Positions 20,669 through 29,553 of a stretch of 64,000 nucleotides of DNA are shown here, piece by piece. The notes below the pieces were generated by a model. It searched no databases and had not been told where the DNA came from. It saw only the letters and a program-made list of their open reading frames with translations. Position 1 is the stretch's first letter. The number at the start of each line of letters is the position of its first letter. The DNA comes from Candidatus Thalassarchaeaceae archaeon. Lineage in GTDB: Archaea; Thermoplasmatota; Poseidoniia; Poseidoniales; Thalassarchaeaceae. A program made the translations under genes and the position numbers. The stretch spans positions 96,617 to 160,616 of the forward strand of contig JALRLV010000002.1 in the NCBI GenBank assembly GCA_023268715.1, given 5' to 3'.

Positions 20669-21583
20669 ATGGTTTCGTACACACGGCTCTTGCTTCTAGT
20701 CCTTTTAGGACTAGGAATGCCGCTTTTCCTACTGTTCCAAGGTTCGATGAATCTTGCTCAACAAATTGCAGCGGGAACAGTGCTGTTGGCCTTCCTTTCT
20801 CTATTGGTATTTTCCGGTAGAAGGCCACTACCCTCGACTCCAAAAGCCCCTCTGGTCAAGATTGAAGAAGAGGAGGATGAAGCAGAACCAGACCTAGCAC
20901 TTGAAGAGGTTGAGATGGAACAGCAAGAAGTTCGCCGTAGCCGCCGCCGAGTCGCTGCTCCTGTTACAGCACCTCCAACATTACCTCCTCCTCCTATCGC
21001 TATGCCAAGCCCCGATGACCCAATGCCCGCACCAAGTATACCAATGCCACCTCCAATGCCTTCCCCCCAAGCACCAACTGTTGCTGGAGATGGAGAGAAT
21101 ATTGCTCAGCGTCTAGTGGTTTCCCGAGATGCCCAGTCTGAAATGGAAACCGAAATCGAGAGTTATGTTGAGGAACAAAGAGAGAAAAGAGCGGTAATTA
21201 GAGGAAAGATAGACCGACGTCGTCGAATGGCATTAGCAGAGAGAAGGGCTGCTAAGGTCAGAATGTGGACAGAATTAGAGGACGGTGAAGACCTCGGAGC
21301 TTTACTAAATCAAGAAAATCATGGGTTGACTGTAATTGAAGAAGATGAAAGCCCTGATGATACCTCTCCATTGGGCGTATCATATGTCCGAATTGACGAG
21401 TCTAGAATACTCAAAATCAGAGTTCCATTGAAGATTCCAGAGAAGGCAGTAAGCAAACCTGCTGAAGAATTACCGGAGGTTGATGATATGCCATCGATGC
21501 CTCCTCCGCCAAGCGGTTTGCCACCCATGCCCCCTCCTCCTGGAATGCCCCCTCCTCCTGGAATGCCCCCTCCGCCTGAGTGA
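20669..21583 (+). CDS. Membrane-anchored proline-rich protein (hypothetical)
   Basis: 304 aa. It has two N-terminal TM helices, then acidic, poly-Pro and Arg/Glu coiled-coil-like segments. The C-terminus reads PSMPPPPSGLPPMPPPPGMPPPPGMPPPPE. Confidence 0.6.
   Translation: MVSYTRLLLLVLLGLGMPLFLLFQGSMNLAQQIAAGTVLLAFLSLLVFSGRRPLPSTPKAPLVKIEEEEDEAEPDLALEEVEMEQQEVRRSRRRVAAPVTAPPTLPPPPIAMPSPDDPMPAPSIPMPPPMPSPQAPTVAGDGENIAQRLVVSRDAQSEMETEIESYVEEQREKRAVIRGKIDRRRRMALAERRAAKVRMWTELEDGEDLGALLNQENHGLTVIEEDESPDDTSPLGVSYVRIDESRILKIRVPLKIPEKAVSKPAEELPEVDDMPSMPPPPSGLPPMPPPPGMPPPPGMPPPPE
21527..21577 (+). repeat. 18-nt tandem repeat (atgccccctcctcctgga, two exact copies plus a third copy with one mismatch in its first 15 nt) encoding MPPPPG units
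   Basis: Units lie at 21527-21544 and 21545-21562, with a degenerate third unit at 21563-21577. Confidence 0.9.
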
Positions 21584-21619
21584 GCGTATCTTCAAGCGGC
21601 GGTTGCTCTTCGGTCGACC

Positions 21620-22456
21620 ATGAGTGAAGACGTGCTACTGGTCGACAACGTCCCAGTCGAAGGCTCAAGCCCCGCTGGTGGAGTGATTTCTGTTTGGACG
21701 TTAAATCGTCCAGAAAAACTCAATGCTCTGAACAAAGATTCCCATACTGCTCTCAAACAAGCTTGTGATCAAGCCGAGGCAGATGACAACGTCCGAGTAG
21801 TCGTAATTCGTGGTGCTGCGCCCCCACCTGCCCCAGAGGGCAAGCGTCAGAAACCAGCGGCTTTTGCTGCAGGGGCGGATATTTCTGAATTTGCAGGTAA
21901 GAATTCAGATGACGTTCGCCCATTCTTTGAGGATAATGCATGGGAAAGAGTTTGGAATCTATCAAAACCAACTATTGCAATGGTGGATGGCTTTGCTCTT
22001 GGAGGAGGAACTGAATTAGCACTCTCCTGTGATTTACGAATCGCTAGCACTCGGGCTAAGTTCGGAACCCCCGAAATTAATCTTGGACTGATTCCGGGTG
22101 GTGGTGGAACTCAACGACTTTCGGATATTCTTGGTTACGGCAAAGCAATGGAGATGGTCCTGACTGGAGAAATGGTCGGGTCAGAAGAGGCGCTAAGACT
22201 TGGATTAGTCAACGATGTTGTAGAGCCGGAGCAACTTGAATCTAGAACAATGGAAATGGCAGGAAATATAGCTAAAAAGTCACCATATACTATCAAGGTT
22301 GCAAAACGAGCAGTCCGTTCTGCTCTCGATCTTGGAATGTCTGAAGGAATCTTAGCAGAGAGATCCGAATTCGTTGCATTATTCGACACCGAAGACAAGG
22401 AAATTGGTGTTCAGGCATTCCTTGAGCGAAAAGATGCTGAATGGAAAGGCTACTAA
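21620..22456 (+). CDS. Enoyl-CoA hydratase (crotonase family)
   Basis: 278 aa. Contains GFALGGGTELALSCDLRIA and PEINLGLIPGGGGTQRL. Confidence 0.85.
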   Translation: MSEDVLLVDNVPVEGSSPAGGVISVWTLNRPEKLNALNKDSHTALKQACDQAEADDNVRVVVIRGAAPPPAPEGKRQKPAAFAAGADISEFAGKNSDDVRPFFEDNAWERVWNLSKPTIAMVDGFALGGGTELALSCDLRIASTRAKFGTPEINLGLIPGGGGTQRLSDILGYGKAMEMVLTGEMVGSEEALRLGLVNDVVEPEQLESRTMEMAGNIAKKSPYTIKVAKRAVRSALDLGMSEGILAERSEFVALFDTEDKEIGVQAFLERKDAEWKGY

Positions 22457-22505
22457 TGAAAAAACAGTAATTCATAATCTCTGATGAATAGTGTAACTTG
22501 TGTCG

Positions 22506-22754
22506 ATGGTTGACTATCTATTTGCTCCGAGATTAGATCGTTTTGGCTCAAAGACTCCTAGTGAGGCATCTAGAATATTTTTCTTAATTGTCATTCTATC
22601 AGTTTCTTATTGGGCATGGCAGATTTCCAATGGTATAGTCTCCGTTTGGTTGATGATAGTGATTCTCATATCTACTCCAATACTTTCAATTGGTTGGTGG
22701 TTAATTTCCCTGATATCACAAAAACGACCAACTAAGAATTTGTTCTCTGAATAA
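22506..22754 (+). CDS. Small two-TM membrane protein (hypothetical)
   Basis: The ORF is open from GTG 22500, and the first ATG is at 22506. Two hydrophobic helices are visible. No recognised motif. Confidence 0.35.
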   Translation: MVDYLFAPRLDRFGSKTPSEASRIFFLIVILSVSYWAWQISNGIVSVWLMIVILISTPILSIGWWLISLISQKRPTKNLFSE

Positions 22755-23342
22755 CTATTGAATTTTCGCGGCAATTTCACCTATTGGATCATTTGATTTA
22801 GTTACATCAATCACCAACCAACCACTATTTTCTGCCAACCGAACCATCTCAAATTGAATCTCTCGAATTCTATCTATATGGTCTAGGTAATGTCGAACAG
22901 ATCTACCGTTGTGTTTTCGTCTGCCTGCAATCATTCGCACATGCTCCTCAGCATTCTCAACAGCCAAAACCACTCCACATGCTTCCCCTCCTGAGGCCCT
23001 CCATTCATCGATTATTGCGAAATTAGGTACGAAATGCACCCCTTCCATCAATAAATCTCCTCCTCTTTTCATTTCACGTTGCACAATCGCTCCTATTGCG
23101 CTTTTGAGAGGAGTGGTTGTATCCTTCCAATCTTCGATTGCATTAGATATTCCGGGCTGAAATGAAGATCTATGAAGAGCAGGAACTTCGTTTTGAGAAA
23201 TTTGTGTTCTCAAAGTCTCTCTGATTGTATCAGTCGCCACGACTTTGTCGAACTCCAGAGAGGCTGCAATTCTAGCGCTAAGGGTGGACTTCCCTACTCC
23301 ACTTGCACCGGTTATGACCAGCAATCTGCCGACCATTTGCAC
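22755..23342 (-). CDS. P-loop kinase resembling 2-phosphoglycerate kinase
   Basis: 195 aa. Contains LVITGASGVGKSTLS (Walker A) and VVATDTIRETLR, similar to the 2PGK signature. It starts 5 nt after the upstream ALDH stop, so the two are probably co-transcribed. Confidence 0.5.
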   Translation of the reverse strand: MQMVGRLLVITGASGVGKSTLSARIAASLEFDKVVATDTIRETLRTQISQNEVPALHRSSFQPGISNAIEDWKDTTTPLKSAIGAIVQREMKRGGDLLMEGVHFVPNFAIIDEWRASGGEACGVVLAVENAEEHVRMIAGRRKHNGRSVRHYLDHIDRIREIQFEMVRLAENSGWLVIDVTKSNDPIGEIAAKIQ

Positions 23343-23346
23343 ACCT

Positions 23347-24765
23347 CTAACGCTGTATAGCCTTCACTTCAAGGAATTCTTCCAGGCCGTGAATACCGAG
23401 TTCACGGCCGTTACCAGATAGCTTGTAACCACCAAAAGGAGCGCTGATGTTGAATGCACCACCATTGATACTTACCTGTCCAGTTCTCATTTTACGAGCA
23501 AATTGCAAAGCTCTCTCTTCATCACCAGACCAGACACCTCCAGACAAGCCATACTCTGAATCATTAGCCAATGTTATTGCTTCTTCCTCTGAATCGTAAG
23601 TTGTTATCGAGAGGACAGGTCCGAAAATTTCCTCCCGGAAAACGGTCATGTCCGGAGTGACATCGACAAATACAGTAGGTTTGACGTAAAATCCCGAATC
23701 AAGGCCATCAGGCATGCCTTCACCGCCGGCAACTAGCGTTGCACCCTCGGCAATTCCAGAAGCGATGTAGCCGGCTACGGATTCTTGTTGTCTTGCGGAA
23801 ACCATAGGCCCGCAGCGCATGGATTCATCCATTGGATCGCCTACGGAATAGCGGTGCATTGTTGCAGTGATTACCTCTACCACTTCATCACGAGCAGTTG
23901 CCGGAACGATTAGTCGGCTTAGGCTAGAACATTCCTGTCCAGAATTGTTGAAACAAGCGTATACGGCCATTTTGGCAGCCTTTGCTATGTCGGCATCATC
24001 TAGGATTACATTTGCACTCTTTCCACCCAATTCCAGAGTTACCCGCTTCACGGTTGGAGCGGCTGCTTGTGAGACACTCACACCAGCGCCGGTTGAACCG
24101 GTAAAACTCACCATATCTACCTCTGGGTGCGAAGATAGAGTCTCTCCGATTTCTCTTCCATGTCCTGAGACGAGATTGAAGACACCAGCCGGAAGGCCGA
24201 TTTCATCAATGATGTCTGCGAGAATAAATGCGTTCAGTGGAGCCTCTTTTGATGGCTTGAGAACCATTGTACAGCCTGCCGCTAGTGCCGGAGCAACCTT
24301 GCCAACAATTTGGTGAAGAGGGAAATTCCAAGGAGTAATCATACCCACCACTCCTATTGGTTCTTTGACGATTAAGGAGTTACGAACTTCTTCTTCCCAT
24401 TCAAAAGAGTCCAACATTTTCGCATAAGACCGCGATACCACCCTTGGAGTTCCAACCATAGCCATTCGACTGTAATTGATTGGTGTACCAACCTCTGCCG
24501 TGATTAATTCCGCGATTTCTTCTCCTCGTTCAGCGATTGCCGCTGAAATCGCATTGAGGTAGCCTTGCCGCTCTTCAATGCTCGATTGCGACCAAGAGGA
24601 AAATGCAGTACGTGCCGCAGCTACGGCTTTTTCGACATCTTCAGCGCTTCCAACAGGTACCGAACCAATGCATTGTTCCGTTGCAGGATTAACTATCTCA
24701 ATACTACCTTCTCCACTTGCTGCAACCCACTTTCCGTCGATATAGATGTTCTCGCGCGCGTGCAT
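23347..24765 (-). CDS. NAD(P)+ aldehyde dehydrogenase
   Basis: Contains ITPWNFP, ELGGKSANVI, FNNSGQECSSLSRL (catalytic Cys) and EEIFGPV. The ORF is open to 24825, but the ATG at 24765 (MHARENIYIDGKW) fits the family N-terminus. Confidence 0.9.
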   Translation of the reverse strand: MHARENIYIDGKWVAASGEGSIEIVNPATEQCIGSVPVGSAEDVEKAVAAARTAFSSWSQSSIEERQGYLNAISAAIAERGEEIAELITAEVGTPINYSRMAMVGTPRVVSRSYAKMLDSFEWEEEVRNSLIVKEPIGVVGMITPWNFPLHQIVGKVAPALAAGCTMVLKPSKEAPLNAFILADIIDEIGLPAGVFNLVSGHGREIGETLSSHPEVDMVSFTGSTGAGVSVSQAAAPTVKRVTLELGGKSANVILDDADIAKAAKMAVYACFNNSGQECSSLSRLIVPATARDEVVEVITATMHRYSVGDPMDESMRCGPMVSARQQESVAGYIASGIAEGATLVAGGEGMPDGLDSGFYVKPTVFVDVTPDMTVFREEIFGPVLSITTYDSEEEAITLANDSEYGLSGGVWSGDEERALQFARKMRTGQVSINGGAFNISAPFGGYKLSGNGRELGIHGLEEFLEVKAIQR

Positions 24766-24834
24766 GTAGTGGGGCGGTACGGCGCGACTTATCACATTCA
24801 TGCAGTTCAAAAGTAGACGCGACACCGCCTAGGT

Positions 24835-25635
24835 ATGGGAATTGCAGTGGAACGTCATGATGGCGGAGTAGCCGTTGTAACTCTTTCAGAAGAGGCTGCT
24901 AGGAATGCCTTTTCCCGTACTTCTATCCACGAAATGTCCAATGTAATGGGTAGTTTACTTGATGATTCTACTTGCAAGGCAATAGTTCTGACTGGAACGG
25001 GCCGATTTTTCTGCACAGGGGCGGATATTGACGAGTTCGCAGACTCAATTGACGATGGTTCAATCGGACATCTTGTTGACGAGTTAACGAGTGTATTACA
25101 TCCCCTTGAATTACGTCTTCGGCGTAGTTCAACCGTTTTTATTGCAGCAATTAATGGATCAGCAGCCGGGGGTGGATTAGGTCTCGCACTTTGTGCTGAT
25201 TATCGCCTATGTGTCCCAGAAGCAAGACTTGCAGCAGCCTTCTTCTCACTAGGACTCTCACCAGACGGAGGCTCGACTTGGCTTCTTCCGCGCTTGGTTG
25301 GATACCAACGTGCTCGCCGATTTTTCTTTGATAACGAAGTTTGGACAGGCGAGCAAGCACTTGAATATGGAGCGGTAGATGAATTGGTAAATTCAGATAA
25401 TATTCTCCAAACAGCCGTTGAGATTGCAACAAAATGGGGTTCTTGGGCAGAGGCAAGTAAACAAGGCACCAAGCAATTACTAGATGCCTCATCGACAACC
25501 TTCATGGAGACTCAACTAGAATTTGAAAAAGCCTTGATTACGGCTGCTTCATTAACTCCTGACTTTGCAGAAGGAGTCTCGTCTTTCCTAGAAAAGAGAG
25601 AAGCCAAATTTGGGGATTTAACAAAAAAAGAATGA
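24835..25635 (+). CDS. Enoyl-CoA hydratase/isomerase family protein
   Basis: 266 aa. Contains FCTGADIDEF and NGSAAGGGLGLALCADYRL. Confidence 0.8.
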   Translation: MGIAVERHDGGVAVVTLSEEAARNAFSRTSIHEMSNVMGSLLDDSTCKAIVLTGTGRFFCTGADIDEFADSIDDGSIGHLVDELTSVLHPLELRLRRSSTVFIAAINGSAAGGGLGLALCADYRLCVPEARLAAAFFSLGLSPDGGSTWLLPRLVGYQRARRFFFDNEVWTGEQALEYGAVDELVNSDNILQTAVEIATKWGSWAEASKQGTKQLLDASSTTFMETQLEFEKALITAASLTPDFAEGVSSFLEKREAKFGDLTKKE

Positions 25636-25636
25636 A

Positions 25637-25915
25637 TCATTCTTCACGCCTTATTTTCACGACGCCCACGATTATGGCAATAATGCAAGACAGAGCAGCA
25701 ATATTTGCCAATGTCATCGCTACTGAGCCAATTATGATTCCATAAACCAACCATGAGATAAGAGAAATTGAAACTAAAGCAAAGGTTGGTAGCGAAATCC
25801 CATCATGTTTCTTTTCTGACCAGACTCTCTTAATCTGAGGAACCCAAGCAATTACTCCCAGAAATCCAGCAAATACTCCGATTACTTCTACCCAGAATGG
25901 AATCAAAAAACCCAC
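25637..25915 (-). CDS. PQ-loop / SemiSWEET-like three-TM transporter
   Basis: 92 aa with three TM helices. The PQ motif (AWVPQIKRVW) follows TM1. Confidence 0.6.
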   Translation of the reverse strand: MGFLIPFWVEVIGVFAGFLGVIAWVPQIKRVWSEKKHDGISLPTFALVSISLISWLVYGIIIGSVAMTLANIAALSCIIAIIVGVVKIRREE

Positions 25916-25924
25916 TCCTATGAA

Positions 25925-26815
25925 TCACGATGGAAGGTCCTCTCGTTCGGACTTTTCTCCTTTAGTCCAATCGTAAATTCCTCTTCCTGTTTTCTTGCCA
26001 AGACTTCCTTCTGCAACCAGAGAATTAAGCAATTGATGAGGGCGATATGAATCATCATCAAATGCATCTGCTAGACTATTGAGGATATCTCGTCTTACAT
26101 CTAAACCGACTAGGTCGGAAAGTTCCAAAGGACCCATAGGGTGTCTGTAACCTAGCCGCATAGCAGTGTCAATGTCACTAGCAGATGCTACTCCATCCGC
26201 GAGCATCCTGATTGCTTCATTTCCGAGAACAACCCCCAATCTACTGGTTGCGAATCCTGGTACGTCATTGACAAGAATAGTTTCTTTTCCCATTGCAAGA
26301 CCGATTGACTGCGCTGCTGCAATAGTATCTTCCGAACAAGAATCGTGACGAACAATCTCGAGTAATTTCATTATTGGAACCGGATTGAAGAAATGCATCC
26401 CAATTACTCTTTCAGGACAACTAGTAGACTCTGCAATAGCAGAAATAGGTAGTCCTGATGTATTGGTTGCAAGAAGAGCGTGAGAAGGCGCCTTCTCCTC
26501 TAACTGACCGAAGATTTGCTGTTTCAATTCCATATTTTCGGGCACTGCTTCAATAACCAGATCAACGCCGTTAACCGACTCTGTCAAATCTGTAGATTGA
26601 GTGATGTTAGCAGACCATTTGGCTTTTTGTTCGTTAGTAGTTTTCCCTCTAGCGATTCCTTTATCCCAGAAATTACCAATGGTATTCATTCCCTTTTCTA
26701 ATCCTTCAGGAAATGCGTCATAGAGTCTAGTTTGCCAACCTGTCTGGGCGCAAACCTGAGCAATTCCTGCGCCCATCGTACCGGCGCCGATTACGGCGAC
26801 GGTACGAACGTCCAT
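25925..26815 (-). CDS. 3-hydroxyacyl-CoA dehydrogenase
   Basis: Contains VAVIGAGTMGAGIAQV, HFFNPVPIMKLLEIV and PGFATSRL. The ATG at 26815 is preferred over the track start at 26878. Confidence 0.9.
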   Translation of the reverse strand: MDVRTVAVIGAGTMGAGIAQVCAQTGWQTRLYDAFPEGLEKGMNTIGNFWDKGIARGKTTNEQKAKWSANITQSTDLTESVNGVDLVIEAVPENMELKQQIFGQLEEKAPSHALLATNTSGLPISAIAESTSCPERVIGMHFFNPVPIMKLLEIVRHDSCSEDTIAAAQSIGLAMGKETILVNDVPGFATSRLGVVLGNEAIRMLADGVASASDIDTAMRLGYRHPMGPLELSDLVGLDVRRDILNSLADAFDDDSYRPHQLLNSLVAEGSLGKKTGRGIYDWTKGEKSEREDLPS

Positions 26816-26819
26816 CGAA

Positions 26820-27398
26820 TCACTCCCTGCCGTAGGCTGCAAGTGCTGCTTGGAATAGCCGCTGGCGCGGAACATCATGCTCTAGGAAGCAGGTGAATGG
26901 TGCTACATCCTTTAGCAATTCAATTGCTGAGACGTAAGCGCCGTAAATGAATGGGTCAGCAACTTCTGTCGCTGGAATTTCAATGCCTAGCTTTGCTAAG
27001 CCTCTGCGAGTATCTTCATCCCAAATTGCGTAGGTGTGATGGGTGAAGTGTAGATATGCTGAGAGTCTACGAATATCTGACCTGGCACCTTCTGTGAAAG
27101 AGTCGATAAGTAGAGTGTCTGGATAGCGAATAGCGTACATTGCTAGTTTAACTTCTCTAGTGGTTTCTTCTCTCCACTCCCTCTTGCCTATGCCCATCCA
27201 GTCATCTACCATATCGAGCATATCGTTGGTATATGGTCTGTGAATCCGATAAAGTAATTCTTCGTATCCCTCAGGGTTTTGTTCTGGAGAGTGGTGGTGC
27301 TCATGGAATAACTCGGTAAGCCTGTCAAAGAATGGCTTACAGCGTTCTTTGTCAAAGGCGAGTAGCGCTAGATGTTGCATCTTCAGTCGCCCTTCCAC
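26820..27398 (-). CDS. Hypothetical protein translationally coupled to the diiron oxygenase
   Basis: 192 aa. Its start overlaps the upstream oxygenase gene by 16 nt. It is His/Trp/Tyr-rich with no recognised motif. Confidence 0.55.
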   Translation of the reverse strand: MEGRLKMQHLALLAFDKERCKPFFDRLTELFHEHHHSPEQNPEGYEELLYRIHRPYTNDMLDMVDDWMGIGKREWREETTREVKLAMYAIRYPDTLLIDSFTEGARSDIRRLSAYLHFTHHTYAIWDEDTRRGLAKLGIEIPATEVADPFIYGAYVSAIELLKDVAPFTCFLEHDVPRQRLFQAALAAYGRE

Positions 27399-28555
27399 TC
27401 ACGGTATTGAATCCATTCTTGTTGCATGTAATCGTTCATCAGACGGTCTTCGTCTTCATCAGTAGGTAGTACATCTACAAGGTAGGCCTCCCAATCAGCA
27501 TCGCTGCCTTCAAAATCTTCGCCTTCAAGAGTGAATTTCATTCCTGCATATTTTCCAATTCCGCGGTTGAATTTGTCTGATGGAATTGTCAGCTCAGGTT
27601 CACCATCTTTTCGAGCCTTTGAGATTCGTCGCATCTCATCTCTCAATTCCTGGAAGTAAAGTTCTCGACTTGCCTCGTTAAGATGAGCTCTGTCGGCATC
27701 ATCATCTGATTCTCTCTCATCATAACGGCCCTTGATTCCGTATACGTAGGCCCACTGCGCGCTGGAAGAATCATCAGTTCCAAACAGATCTAATCCTGTA
27801 CTGACCCATTTGTTGATGTATTTCTGCAAAAGTGCACATGGAATAACTCCCTGCTTGACAATTCTTCGAAGTCCATTAGCTCCAGTTCCAAGATGGAATG
27901 ATTCCTCCTTTAGCATAGGGCCCATCGATGCGGCCAATGGTTGGAAGGAAGAAGTGCTGAGCATCTTCAGTTGGTACTTTCCATCGCGGTCGATGAAGTG
28001 AGTAAAGCAGAAGAAATCAAGCCAATGGTCGATGGGTGCATTGAATGAACCAAGGATTCTGGTTCCTTCCTGAGCATTTCTCTCAAGCAGCTTTGCTGCC
28101 TCTCTGACACCATGTTCTCCAAAGTATGTACAGAGGAGATATGCCATTTGCCAACCATGCCTTTGCTCTTCACACATGATTCGCAGAGCACTCTTTTTGT
28201 CATACTCTGTGGGGGCAGTAGCCAGTAGGTGATTTTGCTGTTCGACGCTAGCAAACTCAGTGTCTCCCTGAACACTCACCATAGAGATGATTGCGTCTCT
28301 GATGTTTTGTTGTGGGATTTGCATTCTCCTTTGCCACTTTGGCATTCCTTCAAAATCTCCGAATTCGATGCTGTTTCCTGCGGTGTCCCAATCGAATTTG
28401 ATATCGAATCTGTAGTCGCCCAACCAGGATGGGTCGAATCCGATTCGAGTTTGCCACTCTTGGAAATCGCTAATCCAGGCTTCAAAATTAGGAGAGTAGT
28501 CCTGAACAATCTCTGTCTCGCTCATATCTGATGCCAAAAGCAACCCGTATATCAA
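27383..28555 (-). CDS. Ferritin-like diiron oxygenase of the PaaA/BoxB (acyl-CoA epoxidase) type
   Basis: 390 aa. Two ExxH motifs (CEEQRHGW at ~aa 130-133 and KEESFHLG at ~aa 218-221) lie 88 residues apart. Each is preceded ~30 aa upstream by a carboxylate (GDTEF, FIDRDG), which is the classic four-helix-bundle diiron pattern. An alternative start lies at 28525. Confidence 0.6.
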   Translation of the reverse strand: MIYGLLLASDMSETEIVQDYSPNFEAWISDFQEWQTRIGFDPSWLGDYRFDIKFDWDTAGNSIEFGDFEGMPKWQRRMQIPQQNIRDAIISMVSVQGDTEFASVEQQNHLLATAPTEYDKKSALRIMCEEQRHGWQMAYLLCTYFGEHGVREAAKLLERNAQEGTRILGSFNAPIDHWLDFFCFTHFIDRDGKYQLKMLSTSSFQPLAASMGPMLKEESFHLGTGANGLRRIVKQGVIPCALLQKYINKWVSTGLDLFGTDDSSSAQWAYVYGIKGRYDERESDDDADRAHLNEASRELYFQELRDEMRRISKARKDGEPELTIPSDKFNRGIGKYAGMKFTLEGEDFEGSDADWEAYLVDVLPTDEDEDRLMNDYMQQEWIQYREWKGD

Positions 28556-28598
28556 TGACTGCTTCTAAGACGTAGTCTTAAGTTGCTGAAAGACAGGT

Positions 28599-29456
28599 TC
28601 ACTTTCCTTCGAAGCGGGGAGTTCGGCGGTCAACGTAAGCCGCAATTCCTTCTTTCGCATCATCACTGTTGAAGAGGGCTGCTTGCAACTCTCTCTCAAG
28701 CGCTAGATGGTATTCGAAAGGCATCTCAGGTCCAGATTGAACCGAGCGCTTGATGTTTCCAACAGCCAAGGTTGCCTTGTATGGAAGAGTAAATTGTCCG
28801 GCGTAGTCCAAAACATCTTGGCGGAATTCGTCAAGAGAACCATCCCAAACATCGTTGATAAGATCCATTTCTTTTGCCTTCTCAAAGGCCATCAGCTCTC
28901 CACTGACCATATATTCTAGCGCTCTTGACTTACCTATGATTCGTGATAGTCGGGCTGTACCTCCAGTACCGGCTAGAACACCAAGGTTAATTTCTGGAAG
29001 ACCACACTTTCCAGAGTCCTTTCTTGCGATTCTAATATCGCAAGCCATTGCAATTTCTAATCCCCCACCAACGGCGTGACCATTAATAGCGCAAATTACC
29101 AACTTTGGAGTCTGTTCAAGCCGGCTTAATGTCTCATTAGCATGAAGACAGAAATTGTACTTGAATCCAGGAGTGACCGAGTTTAGCATCTGAATTGAAG
29201 CTCCGGCCGAGAAGAACTTGTGTCCATGACCTGTGATTAGAATAACGCTAACATCATCATTGAATCGAGCCTTAACAACGGCCGTGTCAATATCTCTCAT
29301 CATTTCATGAGTGTATGTGTTTGGTCCTACCTCATCCCCTTCTAGAGGAGCACCTGCAGAATTGGATGCAAGTTCGATGATTGCAATACCGTTGTCAGTT
29401 ACTCCGTAATTCACTAGGCTGTTGGGCATTGGCACTAGGTCTGGCCATGATGTCAT
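28599..29456 (-). CDS. Enoyl-CoA hydratase/isomerase family protein
   Basis: 285 aa. Contains FFSAGASI, NGHAVGGGLEIAMACDIRIA and PEINLGVLAGTGGTARL. Confidence 0.8.
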   Translation of the reverse strand: MTSWPDLVPMPNSLVNYGVTDNGIAIIELASNSAGAPLEGDEVGPNTYTHEMMRDIDTAVVKARFNDDVSVILITGHGHKFFSAGASIQMLNSVTPGFKYNFCLHANETLSRLEQTPKLVICAINGHAVGGGLEIAMACDIRIARKDSGKCGLPEINLGVLAGTGGTARLSRIIGKSRALEYMVSGELMAFEKAKEMDLINDVWDGSLDEFRQDVLDYAGQFTLPYKATLAVGNIKRSVQSGPEMPFEYHLALERELQAALFNSDDAKEGIAAYVDRRTPRFEGK

Positions 29457-29553
29457 AACCTGCCCGACCGTAGGTCGGAATATGAATCAAACGGCGGAAT
29501 AAATATGCTATTTTCAAGCGTTTTCACGATAGAAAGCATGAGATTTTGTATGC

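Noticed and set aside
23867-24316. A 149-aa antisense ORF inside the aldehyde dehydrogenase gene. Similar long antisense ORFs occur at 35958-36326, 44651-45025, 60719-61072 and 4746-5144.
   Set aside because: All lie opposite strongly motif-supported genes and have low-complexity Ser/Pro/Arg-rich translations. These are typical shadow ORFs.
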